A stretch of 64,000 nt of DNA, taken from Mayamaea pseudoterrestris (lineage: Eukaryota). The DNA lies in NCBI GenBank assembly GCA_027923505.1, contig BROI01000006.1, positions 744,001 to 808,000 on the forward strand, given 5' to 3'. A program made the translations under genes and the position numbers. Positions 53,301 through 56,500 of the stretch are shown piece by piece. How positions within the stretch are numbered: position 1 is the first letter of the stretch; the number at the start of each line of letters is the position of its first letter. The notes under the pieces were generated by a model. The model was not told the origin of the DNA and ran no database searches. It was given only the letters and a program-made list of their open reading frames with translations.

Positions 53301-55085
53301 AAACTCATCCATGGGTTGAAACTTGTCAAAATCTTTAATCTCTTCCCACCGAATAAGTGCCTGTCCAAGTTCCTTTGCGTCAACAATGGCGGACGCCTTA
53401 CTCAATTTCGGTGCTGAGCCTTTACACTGCCACTCAATCATTGCTTGCTTAAGTTTCATGAACTTTGCCTGATCTTCGTCGTTAAAGTCATCCGGATTAA
53501 ATTTTCCAGCGCCATTCTTCAGCCACCATCTGAGGCACTTTTCCAGCTCTTTCCCGGCAACATCATCGGTCCCGAAATTCCAATCAGTCATAACGGCCTG
53601 GAGCTTTTTAAATCGATCCAAATCATCAGGACTGGCTAACGTTTCATCGAAATTCGCACCATGCTGACGCCACCAACCGATCAACCCTTCCAATTCCTCC
53701 ATGACCGCTTCAGACTGCTGCGGTGTCATGATTCCTTTGACGTTGATAGCGAGGGTTTTTATGCGACGAAACGCTTCGAGCTCGAACATGTCCATGTCAG
53801 CTTCATCGGTCGTCAAATTACGCTGCCAAAAGCTGCAGGCGTCACGAATCTCCTTCATAACAAATTCAAATCCGTCAGAAGTTACTGGTATGTCCTTGAT
53901 CTGCCAGTCTACAAACATTTGCTTGGCCTTGCGAAACATCGTAGCATCTTCAAAACTTGCACTATCCGCATCGAACATCATTCCCACGCAGTTCTTTTTC
54001 CACCAATCCGCAATCTCATATAGTTCGAGTCTCAAGCTTTCCGGATTTGTGTTATTCAAGCTAATCAAGACTAGTCCATGCTTGAATTTCTTAAACGGGT
54101 CGGTACTAATGATATTGTCCGCCGATATGCTGCGGTCACCATCCTTCGAAGTGTATCGAAAGGCGTTGAGCTGCGCCTCCAATTCCTTAGCAAGTTTCTC
54201 AGCTTTCTTGGGATCCTGGCCCGGTTCAAATTTGTATTGGATCGGCAGACTATGGGTCTGAAACCAATCAAACAAATTATTCACCTTCTTCATCTTGAGG
54301 ATGTTCGTTTCAAGAGCTGCAACATCTTCCTCGTAGGTGTGGTAATTTTCCTTCCACCACTTCAGGCTCGCGAGCATCATTTCCACAAGTTTGTCAGTGC
54401 TGTCAGACTTGTGCTTGCACCTCTGGAAAAACTTGCGAAGCTTGCCAGCTCGCTTCGCGTCGTCGTTGGATTTGTAAATGCGTCCAGAATCTGACCACCA
54501 CTGGACAATCTTCTGGAGTTCTTCGGCCGACTGCTCGAGCCCAGCCGCGTTCGAATGATTGTACTTTTGCAAAGTCGACGTCCACCAGTAAAGTGCCGAT
54601 TGCATCTTTCTAGTCCGTTCCATGGCTTCCTTGCTGCGCTCCGTCAAACCCGAGCCAAGCGCTTCGTATGTCAACTTGCGGTCTCTCAACGTACTCATAA
54701 TGTCAAACTTTTTAATGTCGACTGGCAAGAACTCGTCGTCATTGTTTAAGTCAATCAGATCCGGATCGTCGTCGTCCTCAAACTTGACAGTGGCGACAGC
54801 ACTCATATCATCCGCCTGGACCGTCGCTACACCCTTCTTGATCCAATCCAATGCCGACGCCATTTGACCCGCCAGTTGCAAAGCATCATCGGCGTTTTGC
54901 TCCGCCGCGAGTACTGACTTCATCGTCTTGGCCTTTGGAGGCCCAGTCGGTTTGCCTAGCGGTTTGGGCTTGGGTTTCTTCTTCTTCTTTCCGGCAACGG
55001 AGGCTCGACTCTCCAAGTCGTCGTGCGCCATCAAAGACTCCTCCTCATTGCTAGTCGTACCTCCGCCAAATCCAAAGAATGACAT
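26376..55085 (-). CDS. Giant (9,569 aa) single-pass membrane protein: ~46-aa tandem-repeat array, Pro-rich linker, TM helix and C-terminal diatom-type LRR (L-domain-like) ectodomain
   Basis: Uninterrupted 28.7-kb ORF with no signal peptide. One hydrophobic stretch IVLPIWLSLPLVAAVTYMGA (~27450-27530). LRR cap (AREWL...RIRQRFAMALMY...W....W....HECDWY...GV..C), plant-type LRRs (L..L.LS.N.L.GTIP) and a terminal CSCC. Confidence 0.9.
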   Translation of the reverse strand: MSFFGFGGGTTSNEEESLMAHDDLESRASVAGKKKKKPKPKPLGKPTGPPKAKTMKSVLAAEQNADDALQLAGQMASALDWIKKGVATVQADDMSAVATVKFEDDDDPDLIDLNNDDEFLPVDIKKFDIMSTLRDRKLTYEALGSGLTERSKEAMERTRKMQSALYWWTSTLQKYNHSNAAGLEQSAEELQKIVQWWSDSGRIYKSNDDAKRAGKLRKFFQRCKHKSDSTDKLVEMMLASLKWWKENYHTYEEDVAALETNILKMKKVNNLFDWFQTHSLPIQYKFEPGQDPKKAEKLAKELEAQLNAFRYTSKDGDRSISADNIISTDPFKKFKHGLVLISLNNTNPESLRLELYEIADWWKKNCVGMMFDADSASFEDATMFRKAKQMFVDWQIKDIPVTSDGFEFVMKEIRDACSFWQRNLTTDEADMDMFELEAFRRIKTLAINVKGIMTPQQSEAVMEELEGLIGWWRQHGANFDETLASPDDLDRFKKLQAVMTDWNFGTDDVAGKELEKCLRWWLKNGAGKFNPDDFNDEDQAKFMKLKQAMIEWQCKGSAPKLSKASAIVDAKELGQALIRWEEIKDFDKFQPMDEFVVDKLKHIFSQFCTASDNDLMAFMRNPTSIKTVADALSDWDRMGSHVRLVDMPKLKDPKTETAMKNVLESLLEWRRTKQYGDISAGDAKIYAHEMLDAFSWYERDGRSFDVEKARKQAGEFMFYAQNVSDALAWMADPTELRAAGNLNFCLADINRAESLEQARALEAQLRWFSKNGKDVSAEAITEEEMMQKAKDLAQFWSNFRALDPKQAKEAVITMEELLLWGRNRSKGLDVDDPARAELLDRLFSLWAPGRRPQSAKETKSMCKELSEALQWWRNAQFVCNPDKLSSVDRSKLDLLLDLAQIVNSWKGSEKEIDVLAWTRGPNANDEMVSELDANMKDIMSWFQGPPQPKVMLPKSDKGKLEKVKATATWWTRVPKQEDPIPSELDNLYAKFAELKPLLKWWTDVGRIFAVRNGLVVPDEADTLDRKLKSAFKWLDHVVHEGKVPQGAIDEANEITNALNWLRGKDSRAIDEYSVADSKRGVLQIPRALTFNDTLTEEEKRVKEMEDALGWLRNNDLNYDDPDLDEMSVMTMQKIEAIVPGARDKDQADIIGTMENALNFIRHREIDIDRGLDDVSVGTSFKRAKAAGILPKTEEELRASEMQNALSWLRSNDAALVLDDPSVASFKSLGLGAPGALRQADMVSGLDWIRRESNLKGFDDLDDLSSIGRSQIAGDFARPSTEELRAKEMADALAWMRNPGNADANDTDNISIASSFKSIGGSKVGRGAGGTADALDWLRGGVPKMPGFDDDSFASRGTRADPELNDEQRRSRDMSDALNWLKGNNVPGDSGPVDDASVLSFRSIDDPTPRSDMAQALNWLRGTDIQKTGELDDASVASNRSVAVRPLTEEQKRAKTMADALNWIKSSADDASLASFKSAGGTKLDKMPNDVANAVKWLQGGAAIGVDDVSVAPTDQLSSEQKRAKAMSDALAWMRSSGTLPHVDDASMVSFQAPIADFKGHTKLDGDMEKALQRLRSKDYAGVSNDDPSLSRYSGVASAPLTDEQRRAKAMAIALRKLRGGGSVDDVLDFADNSEMGLANSQVESALNWLRENRPNLDDLDDETINAFRNLAGLPVVRGEIRKDDKAKVMDDALLWLRQHEVHFDDVNDDVLLKLAELAGMDVPIRGPATLGGKEKAFQSAADWLRNNKARYGDVDDDTFYALADLAGIELPKGIISKDAQQAAFDEALTWLRRNTIETENLGEIDVHTLESLTKFAGIGMPQPRISADDRRAVLINTLSWLRNKNALSFGVVDDEMLDAFVELTGVQAPVGTLSLDEKAEVMEEVVSWLRKNTPAEADLNDDIIAALVRLPLSATEIPQVDPTSEMSSQAVVNASLDWLRSAKLRGEDLDDSAVEALAYLAGIKMPVGHIPRASKLQIADDAIKWLRNNNVQIGDVNEPSLKGLADLAGVSMPQRRLSPTEKQTLLNASVSWLRNNCLKAGDLTTTEIGALANISGIPVNATFMNLTAKNKVIQDVLSWIRNQKALESRDLDDRSMRALASLAGISVPRGELEVRQKQQIIDDSINWLRRNVPSSATLDDATARVLANLTSRSLKSMLSKAATEKIALGALQWLRNGNNPNFDDIDDMSTQEIVNLAGISCQIGALTPESKKEVLNRAVSWLRKNNLPPYEDLSDSTLHALANLGSSPILYPPLPSAAKKRVIESATCWLRNYEPSDTAVVDDDAIRALATLAGMPVPIGNLLPDAKLKRIDDVVSWLRQNTPTVACFSESMILALANLTGITMPQGCLTPATKKSLVDAAMDWIRNNNDLRANCMTDDDIIALSHLANLTPMKGVITVEEKRQSLNESLVWLRNNKALPTDLSEPEVYALANLVGLSMHLLTAPHSSKQKLMDDALAWIRNTDDIPTDIDDDNLRHLCNVAGVSLASTIKPQDKTRAIEMAWNWLRSNDPPKAACDDSTLDALLNVTQITAPVASLPLSIKGKLAVDALDWIRNRDSLAVASIDDHSVRKLAKLAGVPVSQGRLEPQEKSKLLKDSIRWLRINNLPHEKLDDPTLMALVNVTGVAVPTFALPASVKLDLSERALLWIRNHGVPCTDKVEDDSVRDLASLAGVSVPAGCRLTPKDKSAALDEAINWLRKNDTPRDAVDDHTLSALLSVTSLPIPACKISLSTKKRIIKTSMDWLRNNSPRAVDTDEETIRQLSNICGIYVPTGKLGLKEQQERLDCAIVWLRNNFFSPENLDDPETLALANIAGIPMPGMPLCNAAKRQVISEAVNWLRNNTLPLDSVDDNMLTMLANLAGISVPSKLSPEKKSSVLDASYAWLRNNDPKTQDIDELMLESLANLANISLPGVELSLAAKEKLCEESWDWLRVKGTNPDDLDDASIIHLANLAGISMVSGKLGPAARRDILEKSMNWLRNNRLKAHDLEDPVIHALVNASVAYPRRGLLSRPALEATAEDALNWLRNNSPLPIEMDADILMQLSILAGLSLPNGPHTPGKQKELIEQFVLWTRQCKPCVADLADPILSALCNIAGVEVPLSKSALAKKQAADAALDWIRNNDVNMGDFDEPSLVCLANVAGISFPRRKMNQKKKKEILDQTIDWLRSSTPSTDILSDEGLKALANLGGIPVTGLLPSDTKRQVTDDAVLWLRNNTLVTDELAESDVRTLCNVAGMPLPLGKLTPKMKNQALDDAVNWIRKNGLVSSIIDDPDVYALAQIVGIVMPHSRFALTPTTKIAQEALNWLRINTPSHKNIDDASIRILASISGISIPYGKIDTAKKAKALDDVVSWLRCNGLSDENITDPVATALTNLAGFPLPPGSLSPTDRERVTLDILHWTRNADVKASDFDTPSLSALSTLANVSAPQGNMTTRQKMCIFDHVINWLRNSDLEEVDIDGPTLCALANVAQVDLPLPLSSLAKREAIDKAVSWLRQNTPNASTLDVGELTCLANLAGVPMAPSNLTLSEKTAIVEECILWLRRNDPAPAIISDALLQSLANVAGIPMPSGYSPPPNKTVEDAVEWIRNNSPPKIENFHDSDLRVLANVASVHAPRGTIPPHIKKTILDKCWDWLRDNDIAARSLSDPCIVEALSKVTHGDTPRGFPKTAKNAADDALNWLRSNRPSADEVDEPALEVLATFAGLTLPSRQLLPDERKRLLGDTVDWLRNNDIYADQLSDPVIESLVNLAGMTLPLGTPVTASPTRTKEVAIDWLRNNMPRVEDVDEGTLRPLAKMAGIAVPCGLLPAEAKKDLLKETVKWVRQNNPLPRDLDAPEIIQSLVNISEASVPEGYDKAPKVLTEESLQWLRNNEPSATDIDDDTLIELCNLAGIPLPYTRVSAEKKQQVIEEAVEWLRHNDAPKDDLSDDAIQSIANIAGMPMPHNYVSTSNMAAQEALEWIRNNKPPEAGTLDATTLKTLSNVVHLKLPRGTLPAGKRNELLDQTWKWLRNNEPTPKNLKDPAFVSALVSVAGLSLPRGSAKSPKAIGEDAINWLRSNEPVLGNVEIPVLQKIANLAGVSMPTHSSAKEQEAVADMLNWLRSNGDSISYVDEAFVEALANVAGIPIPTGRIPKSERPQVLRDALEWLRNNSPDAAHVDASSLKTLAKLAGIELPKASLSLEQKRALDDALTWLRNNEPNFAEMDLPTIQSLATLAGMPMLKYSSPGGGGTTIIEDSLNWLRNNTIDHDDVDLDTLNSLANLAGIPLPQAELTDAQRKMFPDLLKWLRTNNVQPDDVDDETLGAFANLAGLFVPRVIARDECGPLVLDDCLDWIRSHDPNFDALDFPTFHSLLNLAGTPLPHQKLTPEQEKAFDDTLEWYRNSSITTSDVDEPSLVALAGLAGLALPEDRAARDVNKPIILDQALTWLRNNDPSPADLNEATLRTLANLAGVPVPQRKLSPDERTALEDAVEWIRSSSIKPINVSDDALHALANVAGLSLPMKRLPPEVRSKVLESALEWLRNNEPQTNQMNLPVLRAIANCAGQTIPNGNLNFEQKLSLEETLEWLRNHDPHPDKVNNEALKALASLSGLALPCGDIMPHQKSGVLEASIKWLRNNDPDPIAVDAPMLQSLATLAGLPIKKGRLAKDQMDALDKSVDWLRNNKPHPADLDQPALLALANVAGIPLPVAKTLPKDKTTIVENALNWLRNNSPNPELVDTPTLQALSNLAGVPVPKESLTSAQRESLDKALNWIRNTNIKPEDVGEPVLRALASIAGVPVPARRISAKDKPQILDESLTWLRKNNLKPQDVDETTLLSLATLAGIPMPSHQLSSEQSEALQDIVDWVRNSEIKPSDLDEAVLDALATLAGIPMPREHITPKSKPKILEHALSWLRNNDPNPATVDETTLQSLATLAGVPIPQKPLTALQKGALDDTLEWIRTHEIAPGDVTEPMLEALATLSGIPVPKEQVRLKEKSKFLESAFDWLRSNSPDPDDVDEAVLLPLATLAGIAVPHKKLSPCEKKAFEDSLTWLRTNTILSESVDPGSLDTLASLAGIPIPTCSAYPDKASTVNQSLEWLRNNDPHPRIVDLPLIAPLANLAGIPFPENKDRSASVDISPKTQTMDQHQGPQSKIVDFQDVKRLASLAGLPMPTSNFTPAKQEVLSKSLNWIRNNDLVPDDIDEATMQAMANLAGIPLPIKVQSKDKQKIIANAVEWLRHNDPNPIALDAPTLQSLATLAGLPIPKGSLAKDQMDALDKSVDWLRNNKPHPADLDQPALLALANVAGIPLPVAKTLPKDKTTIVENALNWLRNNSPNPELVDTPTLQALSNLAGVPVPKESLTSAQRESLDKAVNWIRNTNIKPEDVGKPVLRALASIVGVPVPARKILAKDKPQILDESLTWLRKNNLKPHDVDETTLLSLATLAGIPMPSHQLSLEQSEALQDMVDWVRNNEIKPSDLDEAELDALATLAGIPMPREHITPKSKPKILGHALSWLRNNDPNPATVDETTLQSLATLAGVPIPQKPLTALQKGALDDTLEWIRTHEIAPGDVTEPMLEALATLSGIPVPKERIKPKDKPKVLGNALDWLRSNVPMPGVIDEPSLQALANLAGVPMPCTSIAPDQQMALNDIVKWIRHNEPRGADMDKPTLQALANLAGIPLPQDQLSPIDQKELVEDCLTWLRSNDPKLEAIEEFTLHSLANLAGLPCPRRLISPKQEEALNDTVEWLRNTGVHPDELDKPTMQALANLSGIPMTHSINAMDNDIVAENAINWLRNQDPELEGIDEGSLHPLAELAGLPMPVNFTSAKQEVLSKSLNWIRNNNLVPDDIDEATMQAMANLAGIPLPIKVQSKDKPKIIANAVEWLRNNDPNPIAVDAPTLQSLATLAGLPLPKGRLAKDQMDALDKSVDWLRNNRPHPADLDQPALLALANVAGIPLPVAKTLPKDKTTIVENALKWLRNNSPNPELVDTPTLQALSNLAGVPVPKESLTSAQRESLDKALNWIRNTNIKPEDVGEPVLRALASIAGVPVPARRIPAKDKPQILDESLTWLRKNNLKPQDVDETTLLSLATLAGIPMPSHQLSSEQSEALQDMVDWVRNSEIKPSDLDEGVVDALATLAGIPMPREHITPKSKPKILEHALSWLRNNDPNPASVDETTLHSLATLAGVPIPRKPLTALQKGALDDTLEWIRTHEIAPGDVTEPMLEALATLSGIPVPKERIKPKDKPKVLGNALDWLRSNDPMPGVIDEPSLQALANLAGVPMPCTSIAPDQHMALNDIVKWIRHNEPRGADMDKPTLQALANLAGIPLPQDQLSPIDQKELVEDCLTWLRSNDPSPTNVDIPSLQALANLAGVPLPRRQLDVNQQAALDDCFNWLRNNTPSQDAVDDLALNALRNITGIPLSHKTTTNSEVVLKNAVNWIRQNNLELDDVNEPILNALCNLAGIPMPKMQTLPEKEKAFYNSLQWIRNNNPDPGRVNAPTLEALASLAGIPLPRQPLTQKEKTKAISDCVDWIRSKKIDYDGIDEPTTKTLAKLASQPLADHSPEVKETALNKALDWLRNSEVIPTCDEPTGFALCNLAGVPMPSQLLPMDQKIGALQQATNWLRTHQPTGNNLDQSTAEALANLAGIPTPRYFHENEKPKMLDNAINWIRHNDPKPEKLDDPTLKILANLAGLPVPRKVMSQEELDVLDEAITWLRNHQPTEQYLEEPVLEALTNLAGIPSARHVPKSEQPQLLEDFMNWIRQNKPDPDDVDEPALRAMANLAGIPLPRSRLSPEQENVLAVATEWLRSHKPAEDELDELAVEALANLAGIPTPRAIHKSQKTKVVDDAMNWVRSNNPVPENVDEPTLCALANLAGVPLPQSQLTPEQISTLDATTEWLRNNKPKAHELGDPALEALANLAGVPTPRQIPGSKVGKIVDDAMNWVRNHHPDPKEVDEPTLRALANLAGIPLPRMPLTPAQEAVLNSATEWLRNHKPLEKLHDQPTLDALANLAGIPSQRHIPKSEKPQVIDAALNWIRSNNPKPENVDEPTLRALANLAGVPLPCSPMSEEQIAVLETTIEWLRGHNPAADQINEPTLKALANLAGIPIPKTVPMSQKPGILDQAMTWLRDNQPDPAKVDVPTLQALANLAGVPLPRSPLTPEQINILNETTEWLRSSAPTAADIDEPTLDALANLAGIPTPREIPKSQQPMLIEKVINWLRSNNPKPQEIDQPTLRALANLAGVPLPRSTLTPDQAGILSDTTEWLRNQSFKPGELDEPTIEALANLAGVPTPRSIPTSEQPQVVDKAWNWIRSNKPDPKDIDEPTLRALANLAGVPIPHCPLSHEQQNALNDCVDWLRSHPPLVNELDKPTLDAIANLAGVPSPRHIPLPDWPNVVDSAVNWLRQNEPNPNLADGPNLQALANLAGVPLPRQMLTHEQQLVLDDAIEWLRTHVPKDNEIDEPTAEALANLAELPTRRHIPTSQKAKILDEAMNWIRHNDPKPKNIDTPSLQALANLAGIPVPRKVMSQEELDVLDEAITWLRNHQPTEQYLDEPVLEALTNLAGIPSARHVPKSEQPQLLEDFMNWIRQNKPDPDDVDEPALRAMANLAGIPLPRSRLSPEQENVLAVATEWLRSHKPAEDELDELAVEALANLAGIPTPRAIHKSQKTKVVDDAMNWVRSNNPVPENVDEPTLCALANLAGVPLPQSQLTPEQISTLDATTEWLRNNKPKAHELGGPALEALANLAGVPTPRQIPESKVGKIVDDAMNWVRNHHPDPKEVDEPTLRALANLAGIPLPRMPLTPAQEAVLNSATEWLRNHKPLEKLHDQPTLDALANLAGIPSQRHIPKSEKPQVIDTALNWIQSNNPKPENVDEPTLRALANLAGVPLPCSPMSEEQIAVLETTIEWLRGHNPAADQINEPTLKALANLAGIPIPKTVPMSQKPGILDQAMTWLRDNQPDPAKVDVPTLQALANLAGVPLPRSPLTPEQINILNETTEWLRSSAPTAADIDEPTLDALANLAGIPTPREIPKSQQPMLIEKVINWLRSNNPKPQEIDQPTLRALANLAGVPLPRSTLTPDQAGILSDTTEWLRNQSFKPGELDEPTIEALANLAGVPTPRSIPTSEQPQVVDKAWNWIRSNKPDPKDIDEPTLRALANLAGVPIPHCPLSHEQQNALNDCVDWLRSHPPLVNELDKPTLDALANLAGIPSPRDVSLTQKSHVLDTAINWIRSNNPKPENVDEPTLRALANLAGVPLPCKQLSFEHQKPLNDTLEWLRNNPPSENDIDKPTLDALANLARIPTPRTVPSSEQGPLLHDALKWIRENTPTLGDVDEPTLRALANIAGVALPRSRLLPEFQKPLDDTVDWIRSHPPNAGELTEPTMSALMNLAGIPTPRTTPPSGQQSSVDDAMNWLRGNTPNLDDVDEPTLRALANLAGVPLPRSHLSPEFQKPFEDTVNWIRSLSPSAVEVTEPTMSALMNLAGTPTPREILSCEKPLIVEDAMNWIRTNHPLVDNVDETTLLSLANLAGIPLPRTPTSRKEAVDDAVNWLRKNNPIPNDVDEPSLRAFANMAGISLPKCPIDDDQKKQVLSDSVDWLRKHPPTPKSIEELDEPSLQALVKTAGVNLPKKPLAEPELDWARRSQTPILSGHIHQPADIVNVPGLPLPSHIPPTELKEALDAVMDWLRNNNPQVDDVDEDTVQAFANLAGVPLPRQLTPEDKTNVLDDSLDWLRRKGPAHEIDEPTLNNLLNLAGVPPPRGSLNADEKKAAVDNALDWLRGHEPNPDEIDEPALEALANIAGVPLPRQLSPANKKKAMEEALEWMRNPNAPSVEEEVPGAIKPPIIGSSSASAFPPDDSRPEDVEKVLDWLRNKGADIPDALGPKPQGQLVPQASNYHPKKATEVPEASPAWDWNRNRPIPGNEVPPDTQGILSPNEGLPRHIPGGDETDGLPAWDWNRNRPTPGTGEPSPFSGPFGPQGTTPSRPGKNDVFDDEPDMDWNRQRAVPADEELAPVGFGPTGPQEGLPPRPRHDDNTSDKSPEWDWNRSRPQHASFEYVSEKPKPNTKPVVDDEDYPGWDWRRGPPPPKKAPETHDIFEFSSNKPASGRSEPRAEHQDRPETYNDFEFTSTKPKPPAGSMPKTSPETYDDFDFTSSKPIYPVGSPDVENPSAPWASNPDEEDDTGAGPRPMSIPEDIYNEPEEEEKEAPKGIVLPIWLSLPLVAAVTYMGASSIAVPPPAGGTPPMLGFNPAAPISNTPHTLPNLPIPPSLPCVQSAECGYIMGAIDPALPPQTRDLINIPGTCQNWAREWLRTGKDIMEFQVERIRQRFAMALMYCEFNGDNWLEGDLWVSDLHECDWYTMIGVDPCGRFEEYQIIRNYGQQMRGTLPPEISMLSTLWEITLSDNLLSGTIPSDFVKLSELDTFSLSFNLFKGTIPDFMWQFEDMVYLDMAYNFFTGTIPNNVPLTEPNLRTLFLENNDISGSIPSDFGKLDWQRLHLDGNRLTGTVPADINAPKIEELLLHNNQLTGTFPASEFATDFAGKTSKLRQVTLFNNDMSGDVDAMCDLMFAGNLATFEVDLGKMQCSCCTQGGI
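30546..35080 (-). repeat. Near-identical internal duplication, period 2,484 bp (~2.05 kb matched: 30546-32596 vs 33030-35080)
   Basis: For example gcatccaaagtaggcttgtc at 30547 and 33031, and ttacgaggtactggta at 32581 and 35065. Antisense ORFs also repeat at 31000 and 33484. Confidence 0.93.
36100..41266 (-). repeat. Near-identical internal duplications with periods 1,944 bp (36100-37720 vs 38044-39667) and 1,806 bp (38398-39460 vs 40204-41266); a ~1.06-kb core is present three times
   Basis: gatcattgctacgcaacc at 36101 and 38045, actggaataccagac at 38401 and 40207, cgcagccact at 39451 and 41257. Confidence 0.92.
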
Positions 55086-55844
55086 GGTCGTTTGCGGCTA
55101 CTGATGCTGGTCGAGTAAAACTAGTGTGCTGATTGCTGTTTTTTTTTTGTTTTTTTTGTAAATTGCTACCAAAAGGACCCTTTCGTAATCGACGAAAAAC
55201 TGACGAAACAGTCGGTGTGTACAGGCTTCCTTTTTGTGTACTCGAAGCCTTCCCAAACTGTGGCAGCAAGCAGTCGATGAGACAACGTAAGGAAGGAGCG
55301 ATGCAACATCTCTCATCGAGACTTGCCACTTGGCCGCAAAAATCCTCTTTCACGTACCTTCTTGCAAACAATCAAAAGCCGTGCTACAGTAATGAAATAC
55401 ATCGTGTGAGTACCCTACAAAGTCTCTTATTCAAAGCGCCATATCACGACTGCGATGATGTAGCACATCACTTCTCCATGTCACTCTCGCGAGGGTTGGC
55501 GTTTCCACGCACCTTAACTCCGAACGGTATCGCTGCCGATGCTACGAATCACTATATGTACGATAAAAAGATGCTAAATTCTACACTCGAAAGCTCTTCC
55601 AAACTTCCAAACGATGCTACACCTCTACGTCTCTTTCTGATTTCTTCAGGTTGGCAGGCATCATCACGTCCCAAGATCAAGATTCCAGCCGGCGTTGAAG
55701 AAGCCATCAAAATGACTGTCTGTGTGACTCCGGCTAGTGACCGACGGAACGAAATGACCGAACTTATTCGTCACGATGACGTTTTTTATGTGATCTTTCG
55801 AGCGAGGCGGCCACGCCGGATCTGCTCTCACAAATTCGTTTTTT

Positions 55845-56014
55845 GCCGTCAACATGGCTCAACATGGCCGTCAACATGGCTCAACATTGCCGTCAACATG
55901 GCTCAACATTGCCGTCAACATGGCTCAACATTGCCGTCAACCTGGCTCAACATCTCAACATGGCTCAACATCTCAACATGGCCATCAAGATGGCTCAACA
56001 TGGCCGTCAACATG
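55845..56014. repeat. Minisatellite, 22-bp unit GCCGTCAACATGGCTCAACAT(G/T) x~5 plus degenerate units (TCAACAT core ~14 times)
   Basis: Read directly from 55845-56014. Confidence 0.92.
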
Positions 56015-56500
56015 ACACCAACGGGTCGTCGCCATCAAGCGTGACGGGGAACGACAATTATTTGGCTGCGTCTTTATATGCGGTGTTCTGTAAGAGTCTA
56101 TGCATGAAAAAGCACACGATACCGAATGAGAACTAGGAGACCGAGAGCGTTGGTGCTGGGCATTCCTCTACTCTTTCTGAGCCTGGTTGGATTTGTGGAC
56201 TGACAGTGAATCGTTGCGCTATGAAAGTTCACAAAGTCCCTTGCACTGCGTCACAAAATATTACAGGTTACAGCGATCTTTCTTGTGTAAGTCGCCGGCA
56301 TTTACAGTTGGTGTTCAGCTTTTGCCGGTGGCGCAGGTGGCTCGTTGTGGCCACAATATGTTGCATATCGCAGCGGTTCACAATGGAAGCCTAATGACGT
56401 CGTCGACCCAATGAGATCGGCACAATCCAAGCGAAAAAGGGTCCGCGGCCATTCGCCACCATGGCGCATTGATCCGATCGTTTGAAACAAATTTTTAACC

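Noticed and set aside
28162..54867. Dozens of + strand ORFs (60-280 aa) inside the giant gene
   Set aside because: Antisense shadows of the repetitive coding strand. They recur with the duplication periods and show no independent protein features.
15741..55085. BEACH gene, tRNA and giant LRR gene as a functional cluster
   Set aside because: Adjacency in a gene-dense eukaryotic genome is not evidence of shared function, and no shared regulatory signal was seen.
55845..56014. Possible CRISPR array
   Set aside because: Units are contiguous with no unique spacers, there are no cas genes, and the context is eukaryotic.
55133..56044. 303-aa + strand ORF (and 55843..56136)
   Set aside because: Non-ATG start in a T-run, no domain, and the C-terminal part is only the translated minisatellite.
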